From NCBI GenBank assembly GCA_965248835.1, contig CBDFLJ010000002.1, forward strand, positions 768,001-832,000: a DNA stretch of 64,000 nt, written 5' to 3'. Under the pieces are notes generated by a model. It did not search any database and was not told where the DNA came from. It worked only from the letters and a program-made list of their open reading frames with translations. Source of the DNA: Alphaproteobacteria bacterium (GTDB lineage: Bacteria > Pseudomonadota > Alphaproteobacteria > MPNO01). Position numbers and translations under genes: made by a program. This document shows positions 1 to 10,329 of the stretch, piece after piece (within the stretch, counting starts at the first letter, position 1; the number at the start of each line of letters is the position of its first letter).

Positions 1-218
1 GCTCGTCCTGGCACACTCTCGGGGCTGCGGCGCCATCGCCCGGATCCTCGAGCGCGCCGGCGCCGGGCCGTGAGCGGAAAGCCCGGCATGAACAATCGCG
101 ACGAGGATATTCCGGCCAAGCGCCTGGCCGTCGATCCGACCGCGACGCGCCGCGTCGACTGCGCCGGATAGGCGCTGTACGCTCGGCCCCGCACACGTCA
201 CAGGCACCGAAATCGACC

Positions 219-403
219 ATGGAAATCGGGTTCCTCTACCGGCCGTTCGACGCCGCGCTCAACCGCTGCTCGCCGCCCACGAGGCCGGTCTGAAACGCGT
301 CATGTTCACCGTCAGCGTCGCCTCGGACCCGGCCGGCACCGTCGAGCTGCTCGGTGAGCACGTCCTGCCGGCGTTCCGCGCCGCGACATCATACGGCGGC
401 TGA
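219..403 (+). pseudogene. Internally deleted LLM-class (luciferase-like) oxidoreductase remnant
   Basis: ATG219 MEIGFLY is joined out of frame to LLAAHEAGLKRVMF...TVELLGEHVLPAF, a typical LLM C-terminus; its TGA overlaps the next ATG. Confidence 0.5.
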
Positions 404-1008
404 TGGACGGCGCGGCCCACGACGCGGCGTTCGTTGCGCGTCTGCTGGACGTCATCGCGCACGACATCGTGCCCATGACCCGAACGGGTGTCGTCGCCGG
501 CAACAAGGTTTTCGGCGCGGCGATCTTGCGCAAGGCCGATCTGTCCGTGGTCATCGGCGAGACCAACAACGAGACCGAGAACCCGCTGTGGCACGGCGAG
601 GTGCACGCGCTCAAGCGGTTCTACGAGCTGCCGGCCGACGCGCGGCCGGCGACGCGCGAGTGTGTGTTCCTCGCGACCCACGAGCCGTGCTCGCTCTGCC
701 TGTCCGCGATCACCTGGACCGGGTTCGATCGGTTCTATTACCTGTTCGGCTATGTCGATACCGCCGAGACCTTCGACATCCCCCACGACCTGCGAATTCT
801 CGACCAGGTGTTCGGTGTTCGGAACGGCGCCTATGCGAGGGAAAACCGCTATTGGAAGAGCCATGCGATCGGTGAATTGATCGCGGCCCTGCCGGAGCCC
901 GACGGCAGGCTACTCGGCCGACGTATCGCGGCGTTGAACGAAACCTATCAAGACCTTTCCGAGGCCTATCAGGCGACGAAGAGCGGCTCCGATATCCCAC
1001 TGCCGTGA
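403..1008 (+). CDS. Zn-dependent nucleoside/nucleobase deaminase (CDA/TadA/guanine deaminase superfamily)
   Basis: HGE and EPCSLC zinc-binding motifs. Confidence 0.9.
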   Translation: MDGAAHDAAFVARLLDVIAHDIVPMTRTGVVAGNKVFGAAILRKADLSVVIGETNNETENPLWHGEVHALKRFYELPADARPATRECVFLATHEPCSLCLSAITWTGFDRFYYLFGYVDTAETFDIPHDLRILDQVFGVRNGAYARENRYWKSHAIGELIAALPEPDGRLLGRRIAALNETYQDLSEAYQATKSGSDIPLP

Positions 1009-1259
1009 CGGGGCCGTTAGCCGCCGTTCGGCCCGGTGACACCGGCTCCGCCGCGATCGGTTCGGAGCGCCGGCCGGCCGGCCGGCCGCGGCGGCGTTGG
1101 ACCGAGGTTTTGGGCATTCCCGCCCAAGCGTCGTCCGATCTGATTGAGGCCGCCTATCGGGAGCGTGCTCGCACACGGCACCCGAATTCCGGCGGCTCGC
1201 ACGAGGCAATGGCGGAGCTGAACGAAGCCGTTGGCCGAACAAGAAAGGCCGCGGCGTGA
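1005..1259 (+). CDS. Small J-domain (DnaJ-like) protein or fragment, phage-like
   Basis: WTEVLGI...IEAAYRERARTRHPNSGGSHEAMAELNEA; HPN replaces HPD. Confidence 0.6.
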   Translation: MTGPLAAVRPGDTGSAAIGSERRPAGRPRRRWTEVLGIPAQASSDLIEAAYRERARTRHPNSGGSHEAMAELNEAVGRTRKAAA

Positions 1260-1489
1260 GCACCTGCCCCCGGTGCAGCGAGGCGTTCGAGGCGATGAGA
1301 CGCGGCGGCGCCCCGAAGCGCTTCTGCTCGGCTGCGTGCAAGAACCAATGGAACTCCGCGGCCCGTGCGTTCGGCCGCGCGATGGAAACCCAAGGGGTGC
1401 TCAATCTATGGGCGTGGATCGAAGGCCGTCAGAAGGCCCCAAATCCACCGTGCACGCTGTTACAGCGCCCAAGTCGGCCTCGGGGGTAG
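1256..1489 (+). CDS. Small Zn-finger protein, phage-like
   Basis: CPRC...FCSAAC; GTGA overlap with the upstream ORF. Confidence 0.5.
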   Translation: MSTCPRCSEAFEAMRRGGAPKRFCSAACKNQWNSAARAFGRAMETQGVLNLWAWIEGRQKAPNPPCTLLQRPSRPRG

Positions 1490-1502
1490 CGAGGTAGCGG
1501 AA

Positions 1503-1600
1503 ATGCTCGAAGTAATCTCCCTCGGCGCTGGCGTGCAATCCACAACCCCGACCAGGGCGATCTCTGGCACGGCGTGTGCGAAGGGATGTGCGGGGTGTAG
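1503..1600 (+). pseudogene. Head-to-tail remnant of a phage-type PAPS-reductase-like (PP-loop) gene
   Basis: MLEVISLGAGVQST is joined out of frame to DQGDLWHGVCEGMCGV-stop. Confidence 0.6.
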
Positions 1601-1639
1601 CGCGCCGCCTCACTGGTGTGGATGGCAACGAGCCTTCCC

Positions 1640-1685
1640 TTGCATCTCTTGACATTGTAGAATAATATGTTACCTAATGCGTAAC
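1640..1685 (+). promoter_or_regulatory. Putative TA promoter and operator
   Basis: TTGCAT-17-TAATAT (also TTGACA at 1649); inverted repeat GTTAC-N7-GTAAC at 1669-1685. Confidence 0.45.
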
Positions 1686-1701
1686 GAAATCGTGCATTTT
1701 C

Positions 1702-2037
1702 ATGGACATTGCTTTTCGGACCCGCAAGCTTGAGAAGACCTTCAACTCGGACAACGCCCTCCAAAAGGCCTACGGGTCGAAGGTGGCCAGGACGATCGAG
1801 AATCGTCTGGCGGTCCTGAGTGCGGCCCGCAACCTTGCCTTGGTGCCGACGACGCCTCCGGATCGGCGGCATCAGCTTAGCGGAGATCGGGACGAGCAGT
1901 TCGCCGTTGACCTTGTCCACTCCCGGAGACTCGTTTTCGCACCCAATCATGAGCCATTTCCGCGTAGGGCCGATGGAGGGATCGATACGGAACAGGTGAC
2001 CGCCATCACAATCATCGACGTGATCGACTACCACTGA
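1702..2037 (+). CDS. higB: HigB/RelE-like toxin
   Basis: MDIAFRTRKLEK...HQLSGDRDEQFAVDL...VIDYH; toxin-first gene order. Confidence 0.85.
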   Translation: MDIAFRTRKLEKTFNSDNALQKAYGSKVARTIENRLAVLSAARNLALVPTTPPDRRHQLSGDRDEQFAVDLVHSRRLVFAPNHEPFPRRADGGIDTEQVTAITIIDVIDYH

Positions 2038-2048
2038 CGGAGAGAGAA

Positions 2049-3137
2049 ATGGCGACGGCAACCAACCAGTATGCGCCAGACTATGCGGTCCCGCCCGGGT
2101 GGGTGCTCGATGAACGCCTGGAGGCGCAGGACATCTCGCATGCCGAGTTCGCTCGGCGGTGCGGGCGTTCCCCGAAGCTGATCAGCGAGATCATCGCCGG
2201 CAAGGCACCCGTCGAGCCGCGGACGGCACTACAGTTCGAAAAGGTGCTGGGCGTGGATGCAAGCATTTGGCTCGGCATCGAGGCCGCGTACCGGCTTCAT
2301 TGGGCCAAGAAGGCCGAGGCGGCTGCGGCCACCGCCTCGGTTGAATGGCTGAAAGTCTTTGCTGTATCGGAACTCGTGAAACGCGGCTGTATGCAGCGGC
2401 CGAAATCGGATGCGGATGCGGTTTCCAAGTTGCTTGCATTCTTCGGTGTCGGCTCGGTCCAAGCCTGGACCGCAAAATACGCTCTGGCAAATGTGGCGTA
2501 TCGGCATTCCCCAAGCTTCAAGAGCGACGAGGTTGCCTTGGCGACGTGGCTCCGCCTTGGCGAGTTGGAAGCGGAGCTTCAGGAATGCGCCGACTACGAC
2601 GCGGGCGTGTTCAGGCGCGCGATGAGGGAAGTTCGAGGCTTGACCCGAGAGCCCGTCGACGAGGCCCTGGGGCGCGCCCGCCGGATCATGAACCGGGCCG
2701 GGGTTGCGCTGGCAGTGGTCAAGCCGCTGCCCAAGACCGCGCTGAGCGGTGCCGCCTGGTGGTTTTCGCCCCGCAAGGCCGTGATCCAGTTGAGCGCGCG
2801 CCACAAGTCGGACGACCATCTCTGGTTCAGCTTCTTCCACGAGGCGGCGCACCTTCTGCTTCACAGCAAGAAGTGCGTTTTCGTGGATGGAACCAATGAC
2901 GGGGGTGCCGATGTCGAGACTGAGGCGAACGATTGGGCCGCCAACGCCCTCGTCCCGCGCGCCGACTGGAAGCGATTCGCCGCCAGCTCGCCGCGAAGCA
3001 AGGTGGACGTCTGCGCCTTCGCCGACGAGCAGGGAATTGCGGCGGGTATCGTCGTCGGGATGCTCCAGCATGCCGGTCTCGTTCCCTGGACCCACCTCAA
3101 TGGCCTCAAGATTCGCTACCGATGGACCCGGGGTTGA
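2049..3137 (+). CDS. higA: HigA HTH fused to ImmA/IrrE Zn-metallopeptidase, antitoxin
   Basis: PPGWVL plus Xre HTH; FWFSFFHEAAH-type HExxH motif (LWFSFFHEAAH). Confidence 0.85.
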   Translation: MATATNQYAPDYAVPPGWVLDERLEAQDISHAEFARRCGRSPKLISEIIAGKAPVEPRTALQFEKVLGVDASIWLGIEAAYRLHWAKKAEAAAATASVEWLKVFAVSELVKRGCMQRPKSDADAVSKLLAFFGVGSVQAWTAKYALANVAYRHSPSFKSDEVALATWLRLGELEAELQECADYDAGVFRRAMREVRGLTREPVDEALGRARRIMNRAGVALAVVKPLPKTALSGAAWWFSPRKAVIQLSARHKSDDHLWFSFFHEAAHLLLHSKKCVFVDGTNDGGADVETEANDWAANALVPRADWKRFAASSPRSKVDVCAFADEQGIAAGIVVGMLQHAGLVPWTHLNGLKIRYRWTRG

Positions 3138-3464
3138 ACGCATAGATGCGGTTCCGAAGTTGACGGCGTTTCGCCACGCACGTTTGTGATTTCGTTATTG
3201 GAGCAAGCAAGGAATTGATCCAAGTTCTCTCAAAGCCGGCCGACCAGATCGACATCCACGACATCGAATCGTTGATAGAGGAGAAGGTTCCCGAGGGGGA
3301 ACAAATTGAGTTCAAGGAGACCCTTCCAGCGAAGGGCCAGGGGCCAGATCCGTGGATGAGCGACAAGAAGAAAATTGGCGATTTCGCCAAGAGGACCATC
3401 CTCGAAGAGACGATCGCGTTCGCCAATGCACATGGTGGCGCTCTGCTGTTGGGCATCGTGGAAT

Positions 3465-4577
3465 CTAGTGGATGGAATCTAACGCTTGATGCCCGCGTTT
3501 GACGGCGGAGATGATTTTGTCCGGGTCCGCGGTCCAGCGAAATGGCTTGGCCTCGCTGGCGTTATGCTCGGCAACGAAGCAGTTGATGGCGGCTTGAAGG
3601 TCAACGACGGAGTGGAAGACACCGCGTTTGAGCCGGCGCTTGGCGAGTTTTGCGAAGAAGCCTTCCACGGCGTTGAGCCAGGAACAGGAAGTCGGTGTGA
3701 AGTGAAAGGTCCAGCGCGGATGACGGTCGAGCCAGCGTCGGACCTTGGGGTGCTTGTGGACGGCGTCGTTGTCGAGAATGGCATGGATGACCGTGCCGGC
3801 GGGCGTTCCGGCCTCGACCGTGTTGAGGAAGCGGATGAATTCTTGATGGCGATGACGCTGCATGTTGCGGCCGATGACCGTGCCGTCGAGGACGTTCAGG
3901 GCGGCGAACAGCGTGGTCGTGCCATGCCGCTTGTAATCGTGGGTCATCGTTCCGGCGCGGCCCTTCTTTAGCGGCAGGCCGGGCTGCGTGCGATCGAGGG
4001 CCTGGATCTGGCTCTTTTCGTCGACACTGAGCACGATGGCATGGGCGGGCGGGTCGACATAGAGCCCGACAACGTCGCGCAGCTTGTCGGCGAAGTTGGC
4101 GTCTTTGGAGAGCTTGAACTGGCGCACCCGATGAGGCTGGAGCCCGTGGGCGCGCCAAATGCGTTGCACGGAAGAGACGGAAACGCCGAGCTTCCCGGCC
4201 ATCATGGCGGCCGTCCAGTGGGTCGCCTCGGCGGGCGGATCGGTCAGGGTCAGATCGACGATGCGCAAGGCGACACCGGGTTCGAGCGGCGGAATACGCG
4301 AAGGCCGGGTCTTGTCCCGCAGCAGGCCATCGACGCCCTCGGCCATGAACCGTTCCTGCCACCGCCAGACGCAAGGCTTCGACTTCCCGGTCCGGCGCAT
4401 GATCTCGACCGTCCCCGCGCCGGCAGCCGTGGCCAAAATGATCCCGGCCCGCCAGACATGCTTCTGCGGGCTGTTCCTGTCCGCCACGACCGCTTCCAGA
4501 CGAGCACGGTCGGCGACGCAAACCTCGAAGGTAATCCCTGTGCGCATGCCCGCAGACTCGCACATACGCTCGGACAA
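3465..4577 (-). CDS. IS630 transposase
   Basis: HTH; SVDEKSQIQ, THDYKRHGTTTLF, ILDN, SWLNAVE DDE motifs. Confidence 0.95.
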   Translation of the reverse strand: MSERMCESAGMRTGITFEVCVADRARLEAVVADRNSPQKHVWRAGIILATAAGAGTVEIMRRTGKSKPCVWRWQERFMAEGVDGLLRDKTRPSRIPPLEPGVALRIVDLTLTDPPAEATHWTAAMMAGKLGVSVSSVQRIWRAHGLQPHRVRQFKLSKDANFADKLRDVVGLYVDPPAHAIVLSVDEKSQIQALDRTQPGLPLKKGRAGTMTHDYKRHGTTTLFAALNVLDGTVIGRNMQRHRHQEFIRFLNTVEAGTPAGTVIHAILDNDAVHKHPKVRRWLDRHPRWTFHFTPTSCSWLNAVEGFFAKLAKRRLKRGVFHSVVDLQAAINCFVAEHNASEAKPFRWTADPDKIISAVKRGHQALDSIH

Positions 4578-4604
4578 GGGAATCGTCTGTTAGATTTTAT
4601 CCAC
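3468..4604 (-). mobile_element. IS630-family element
   Basis: Transposase ORF; imperfect terminal inverted repeats TGGATGGAATCTAA / TTAGATTTTATCCA; CTAG (TA duplication) on both sides. Confidence 0.95.
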
Positions 4605-6168
4605 TAGGTCAAGCCCGCCGGCAGCGACTGCAATCAAGCCAATCCCGCGATGCCACGATCTTGCCGAGAGCCTGAAGTTGGTGTTTCGTGATTGCGTCGA
4701 ACCACAGCTCCCTCAAATCGACATCTTCGGGGTAGAGAAGGCGAACGGAGCTGGTGTGGTCATCCTTCGCGTGGGGCGGTCAAGGCAGGCACCCCATCGC
4801 ATCACCAAATCGCTCGTTTGTCCCATTCGGCGTGCCGATCGTTGCGAGAAAATGACCATGCGCGAGATTCAGGACTTAACGCTCAATGTTGCGCGAGGGC
4901 TGGAGCGATTGAAGAGCGAACTTCGTTGGAGTTACGATCGCTTTCTGGGACAGCTCGAGCACCGCTCGTCGTTCGAGCGTTGGTACGGCCTTCGAATAAC
5001 CGCCGTGCCCGTGCTTGAAGATTTGCCGCTGGATCGGGTGTATCGCGGACGCACTATCATCCCAGACCTGGCGCAACCATCGCGGAAAGTATTCTGGGAG
5101 GCGCCCGGGCTTAGACAGGCACTGCAATGGGATGAATCTGTAGGTGCAAATCTTTGGCGACCGATAGTGCGTGGGGCGCGAACGGATTTCCCCCCTGACC
5201 CTGGTTCTCGTCGGGATTCCAGCTCCTACAGAGAGATTCACTGCGATGGTCTGTTGGAATGGGGATTTTTTTCAAAGCACAACGTAGAACTTAATCCGCA
5301 CCGGCCCATTGTCATGTTCGCGAACGTGGCTACATGGGCAGATCGCGTCAGACGCTACGCTAATGTGCCCGCTGCGGAATATGCCATTGAGGTCCACTTT
5401 CATGTCTTGGGAGATGCGGTAACAGTAAAGCGACCGCTCGCGCCTAAGGAAGAAGGAAAGCTCAGGCCCGATCGGAGCCTCTTCCCCAAGTACTCTCTGC
5501 GAGAGTCGGCCGACATCCCGGAATTGCTGGCCTTGTTTTGGCGCGATTTCTGGAATTTCCTTGGAGAGGATGTGGCTGACGAGGATCTGAGATTATCGAT
5601 CGAAAATTGGCCCGAAAGTGCCTCAGGCGAAGAAGACTAAAGTATGGTCGTTTGGCATCTATCTAACTTTGGTCGATCGATCGAGATGGGCCAGGAAACA
5701 TAGAGTGCCGCCTCCGCCTCTCCCCCCTTCACACTCGCCTCTCGAGCCTGCACCCGCCAGCCCAAGCCGGCCGCCGTTTACCCGCCGTGCACGGCGCAGG
5801 GAAGGCAATCCAAGGCCGGGGCTAAGGGAGCCTCCGCCTGCCAGTGCTGGGACCGTAGGGCGTTCTTACCGCGTCTTTCGCGCCAGCGTCGCGAGGCGGG
5901 CCGCCGCCGAGTTCGGATCGAGCCCTTCCGAGGTCTCATCCTCCTCCACGTTCTCGCCGACCTTGGGGGTGTCCCGCGGTGGCGCCAGCGCCTTCGGCGG
6001 CGGCGCGAGGGCCTTGATCTCCTTGATCGTGTAGGGCGCCACGGCCCGCGCGCCGCCCTGCCGGACGTGCGCTGGGTGTTGGCTCAGCAGGGCGAGTGCC
6101 GGGGGTCAATGCAGCCGCTTCGACCTTGCTCAGCCGTGTTCGAGCGGCGGGGCCGAGGATAGCCCACG

Positions 6169-6861
6169 ATGTGCGGCCGCTTCACGCAGATGTATACCTG
6201 GGAGCAGGTACGGGAATTTCTTGACCTGCTCGGCCCGGCGCAGAACCTCCGCCCCCGATACAACGTCGCGCCGTCACAGAACGTCGCCGTGGTCCGCGCG
6301 GGCGAGGACGGGCGGCGGCTCTCGATGCTCCGCTGGGGCCTGATTCCGGCCTGGGCGAAGGAGCCCTCGATCGGTTACAAGCTGATCAATGCGCGCGCAG
6401 AGACCGCGGCATCGAAGCCGTCATTCCGGGCGGCGTTCGCGTCTCGGCGCTGCGTCATCCCGGTGGATGGGTTCTACGAGTGGAAGAAGGAAGGCTCGAC
6501 CAAGCAGCCCTACCGCATCCACATGAAGGACGAAGGGCTTTTCGCCTTCGCCGGGTTGTGGGAACGCTGGAAAATCCGCGAGGGGTTGAAGCTGACGGGC
6601 AATCTGTCCGACCGGTGCCCGGGAGACGAGATCGAGACCTGCACGATCCTGACCACCGAGGCGAACGCGTTTCTTGCGCCGATCCACGGCCGGATGCCGG
6701 TCATCCTCGACCCGGACGCGATCGACCCCTGGCTCGGCGGGGAAACGGTGCAGCTTGGCCCATACCCGTCTGCCAAGATGGCCGCCCGTCCTGTCAGCAC
6801 CTGGGTCAACAGCCCGAAGAACGACGACCCGCTCTGCGTCGAGCCGGTCGGCGGGGTCTAG
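6169..6861 (+). CDS. SOS-response-associated peptidase (SRAP/YedK family)
   Basis: MCGRF N-terminus, YNVAPSQ, INARAET, GFYEW, IHGRMP. Confidence 0.95.
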   Translation: MCGRFTQMYTWEQVREFLDLLGPAQNLRPRYNVAPSQNVAVVRAGEDGRRLSMLRWGLIPAWAKEPSIGYKLINARAETAASKPSFRAAFASRRCVIPVDGFYEWKKEGSTKQPYRIHMKDEGLFAFAGLWERWKIREGLKLTGNLSDRCPGDEIETCTILTTEANAFLAPIHGRMPVILDPDAIDPWLGGETVQLGPYPSAKMAARPVSTWVNSPKNDDPLCVEPVGGV

Positions 6862-7510
6862 GGCCTTGGTCGTCGGAGCGCGTGCGATTATCATTTTGCT
6901 TCAGACCATGCTTGGCAAAGCACGCGTCTTTGCCAGCGCAGAAGGTGTCCGCAATGAAACCATGTCAATCGAGCTTGATCGCGATGGCGGTGGTCGCAGC
7001 CGTATGTGTGCCCGCAATGTCGGCGATGGCCCAGGGGCGCACCGGCAAAACCATTGGAGGGGTGACGACCATTCACACCGAGTGGCGACGCATCCCGACG
7101 TTTGAGCTTCAGATTAACATAGCCGACCTCCCGAGGGTGGCTGTGACAGACGCGCAAGCACGGCGCCGGAACAACCGTGCCTTTCAGCAACGGGCCAAGT
7201 TTGACGGACGTAGAAGTAGTATCTTCATTGAGCACTTCCCGAGTACCCTGCTCGATCTGAGTTCGACGCAATATTATAACGACCGCGCCAATACGAAAAA
7301 GAGGGCCGACAAGTATTTTTACGGCCATAAGCTCGAATACCAAGCGTCGGTCAAGATATACGCATATGGAGAGCTCGGGGGCTGGGCATATAAGGTGTTA
7401 AGTCGTGATACAAACCAGACCTGCATATTTGCATTTGCGGGGTTCCTCTGAGGTGGCTCCACCTTTTCGGACAGCCTGGCGGCCGGGCTAAGGTGTATTC
7501 CGGTTATCGA

Positions 7511-8461
7511 TCAGGCCGCCAGGATCCCTTTCATGCGATCTTCCTGTTGCTGCTGTTGCGCCTGTGGGGCTTGAACGCATGCGTTCAAGGGCAAGGCGCG
7601 GAGCGGCTTGTCCATCATATCCACGGGCGGGTCGCCGCGGTATGCCTCGGCCGGGGTTCGCCCGTCCAGCGCCGCGTGCGGCCTCTCGAGGTTGTAAAAG
7701 CGGACCCAATCACGGATCAGGCGCCGGGCGGCGTAGCCGTCGGCGATCTCGTGGAGATAGACCGCCTCGTATTTGAGCGAGCGCCACAGCCGCTCGATGA
7801 AGATGTTGTCCATGCACCGGCCCCTGCCATCCATCGAGACCCGGATGCCGGGCGCCTGCAGGCGCCCGGTGAAGGCGAAGCTGGTGAACTGGCTGCCTTG
7901 GTCGGTGTTGAATATCTCCGGCCTGCCGTATCGACCCAGGGCCTCGTCGAGCGTGTCTGTGCAGAAGCCCGCGTCCAGCGTGTTCGACAGCCGCCAGGCC
8001 AGGACGTACCGGCTCGCCCAGTCCATGATCGCCACGAGGTAAAGGAAGCCACGCTGCACCGGGATGTAGGTGATATCGGCGCACCAGACATGGTTCGGCC
8101 GCTCGATCGCCAGGCCCCGCAGCAGATATGGGTAAACCCGGTGCTCGGGGTGCGGCGCGCTGGTCCGCGGCGCCCGCCAGATCGCCTGAAGCCCCATCAG
8201 GCGCATCAGCCGTGCGGCCCGCCGGCGCCCGATACGCACGCCCTCGCGGCGCAGGTGAAGCACCATCCGGCGGGCGCCGTAAAACGGGTACTTCAGGAAC
8301 AGCTCGTCGATCCGCCGCATCAACGCCAGCGTCTCGACGCTCTCCCCCTTCGGCTCGTAGTAGAGCGAGGAGCGCGCGATCGACAGCAGGCGGCATTGCC
8401 GGCTCAGGCTCAGCGCCGGGTGATCACGCACCACCATCGCGCGCCGCTCCGTCCGGCTCAT
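7511..8461 (-). CDS. IS3 OrfB (rve integrase core)
   Basis: WCADITY, FNTDQGSQF, DNIFIERLWRSLKYE. Confidence 0.95.
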   Translation of the reverse strand: MSRTERRAMVVRDHPALSLSRQCRLLSIARSSLYYEPKGESVETLALMRRIDELFLKYPFYGARRMVLHLRREGVRIGRRRAARLMRLMGLQAIWRAPRTSAPHPEHRVYPYLLRGLAIERPNHVWCADITYIPVQRGFLYLVAIMDWASRYVLAWRLSNTLDAGFCTDTLDEALGRYGRPEIFNTDQGSQFTSFAFTGRLQAPGIRVSMDGRGRCMDNIFIERLWRSLKYEAVYLHEIADGYAARRLIRDWVRFYNLERPHAALDGRTPAEAYRGDPPVDMMDKPLRALPLNACVQAPQAQQQQQEDRMKGILAA

Positions 8462-8748
8462 CGACCGGACCCGCGCGATAAAAAATCCCGCTCCACGATC
8501 AGCTCCCCGATCTTGGCATGAAGATCGCGGACCTCGCTCTCATGGTCCCGAACCCGCCGCTCAGCGCCCTTCGAGAACACCTCGACCAGACCCTCCATCG
8601 CCTGGCGCTTCCAGGCACCGACCTGGTTCGGATGGACCTGATGCTGCGAGGCGATCTCCTGCAGCGTTCGATCCCCGCGAAGCGCCTCCAGCGCAACCTT
8701 CGCCTTCAGCTCTCCCGAAAATCGACGTCGCTTGCTGCTCATCTGCAT
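8458..8748 (-). CDS. IS3 OrfA (HTH)
   Basis: KAKVALEAL...VHPNQVGAWK; T6 run near the overlap with orfB. Confidence 0.9.
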   Translation of the reverse strand: MQMSSKRRRFSGELKAKVALEALRGDRTLQEIASQHQVHPNQVGAWKRQAMEGLVEVFSKGAERRVRDHESEVRDLHAKIGELIVERDFLSRGSGR

Positions 8749-8994
8749 TCCTCCGTTAGACGGGGGAATACACCTTAGCGACCTGTCCGAATTTCCGGGG
8801 CCACCTCACTCAGTGATGTTACGAAAAATAGAACTGTGGATGAACACTATGACACGGACGTCAGAGTCAGAGATTGCTCCGAAACACGCTCTATGGAGGA
8901 GGTAGTTTCCTTTTTCCGCCTCCTGAAGATCGTCCCGTCGGAATACAACCGTGCCAGGATGGGCGGCGATTAAGCCGTCGTAAACCCGTTGCTC

Positions 8995-9577
8995 CGCCGT
9001 GCGGGTGGTCGCGTTCTACAATCAGCGCGGCACGGCTGAGCAATGGATCAAGGAGAGCAAGAACGCGATCCGATGGACACGCCTATCGTGCCGCAGGTTC
9101 GACCACAATGCCGTTCGCCTCCAGCTTCCCGCGCCGGCCTACAACCTCGGCAACTTCATGCAAACTCTGGCATTACCCGAGGCGGTCGAGCAATGGTCGC
9201 TGACGACGCTGCGGGAGAACCTCATCAAGATCGGTGCGAAGATCGTCCGCCACGGCCGCTACGTCGTGTTCCAGATGGCCGAGGTCGCGATCCCGCGTGA
9301 GCTGTTCGCTGACATCCTGCGCCGTATCGACCGGCTCAGACCCAAGCCAGCTCCGGCATGAGCGACCGCACCCCGTTCCTTCGCGTCGCCGCCGACAGGA
9401 TCGGTGCGCCCGGATCGCCGGCAAAAAAGCCATTCCGCGCCACCAACGCCGCCAATTGGTCCTCAATCATCCGGATCGGCTCGAAGATGACCGTCATTCG
9501 AAGGCCGGTTGCACGTCGAGCGGTTTCGAGTCACGCTCAACGGGCTGGGACGGTTCCATACGGGGAATCCCGGATTA
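8995..9577 (+). mobile_element. IS1380-family 3' remnant (transposase C-terminus plus right end)
   Basis: FYNQRGTAEQWIKE...AYNLGNF...LIKIGAKIVRHGRYVVFQMAEV; end sequence GGGGAATCCCGG. Confidence 0.85.
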
Positions 9578-9589
9578 GGGCATGCCGAG

Positions 9590-10237
9590 ATGGATGAAAG
9601 CGAGTACCGGAAGATAAGGAGGAGATACAATATTGTGGGCTGCGTAGTTGTGTTGACCCCGTGTCTCCTATTAGCTTTATTCTTCAATTTTCACACTTGG
9701 ATCGCCGACCTGTCCGGCACATACAAGTTCATCTGTGTCGATTTCCATGACTCCAAAATACTATACTACGCGTTGCCCAAGTTGTCCAATCAATGCGGTT
9801 ATATATCGGTCGTCCGACAATTTGACATCGTTCCTCCTGTACACTGGGACCTTATTATCGCATTGGATTTGGCTATTCTTGCAGTGCCGTTTTTAACTTC
9901 CATATATTTCATCATCGATTACAAGGCTCAAAGGCTTGTTATGATACAACCTTACTTGCGGCGCGCCTCTGGAATCAAGTATTATCGTGTAAGGTTAACC
10001 GTTTACCTGCTAGTGGGCCTTTCCACATCTTGTTGGTTTGTATTATTTGCGCCAATCGAAGTTTCTATGCCAATCGAAGTTTCTACATCGAGCGATGGGC
10101 CTTTCCACATCTTGTTGGTTTGTATTATTTGCGCATCGAAGTTTCTACATCGAGCGGCATATTGGCAGATTTGGCAGATTATGGCCTTGGTGTTTTGTTC
10201 CCCTCGCTTACTGCTGCGCTTTTACCGCATTTTGTGA
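9590..10237 (+). CDS. AT-rich putative membrane protein with nested internal duplications
   Basis: Several hydrophobic segments; visibly lower GC than flanks; duplications at 10014-10180. Confidence 0.5.
   Translation: MDESEYRKIRRRYNIVGCVVVLTPCLLLALFFNFHTWIADLSGTYKFICVDFHDSKILYYALPKLSNQCGYISVVRQFDIVPPVHWDLIIALDLAILAVPFLTSIYFIIDYKAQRLVMIQPYLRRASGIKYYRVRLTVYLLVGLSTSCWFVLFAPIEVSMPIEVSTSSDGPFHILLVCIICASKFLHRAAYWQIWQIMALVFCSPRLLLRFYRIL
10014..10180. repeat. Nested tandem duplications (periods ~82, 18 and 9 bp)
   Basis: TGGGCCTTTCCACATCTTGTTGGTTTGTATTATTTGCGC at 10014 and 10096; ATCGAAGTTTCTA x3; TTGGCAGAT x2. Confidence 0.9.
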
Positions 10238-10329
10238 CGCTTGCAGTGTCGGTTGTGCCATTGTTGACCAATCGAGGAATTCGGCTTCAAAGCACGATGG
10301 ACGATGGTACGGGAAGGAGCTAGCCCGAT

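Larger units (their letters stand above)
3215..5640 (+). pseudogene. Schlafen/AlbA_2-domain protein (~428 aa) interrupted by IS630
   Basis: PEGEQIEFKE and IAFANAHGGALLLGIVE; removing the IS and one TA fuses 3215-3467 in frame to 4607-5640. Confidence 0.85.
7449..8808 (-). mobile_element. IS3-family element
   Basis: TG...CA ends; inverted repeats TGAGGTGGCTCC / GGGGCCACCTCA; 3-bp CTC target duplication; orfA/orfB. Confidence 0.95.
6954..8973 (+). pseudogene. Secreted hypothetical protein interrupted by IS3
   Basis: Signal peptide ending AMA-Q; removing the IS and one CTC gives FAGFL-SDVTKNR...ARMGGD-stop in frame. Confidence 0.7.

Noticed and set aside
1-73. Possible ankyrin-protein C-terminus (AIARILERAGA)
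   Set aside because: Too short at the window edge to support a call
5650-6100. Minus-strand protein tail (…LDPNSAAARLATLARKTR) and C-rich tract as a phage packaging site
   Set aside because: No start or recognisable family; evidence too weak
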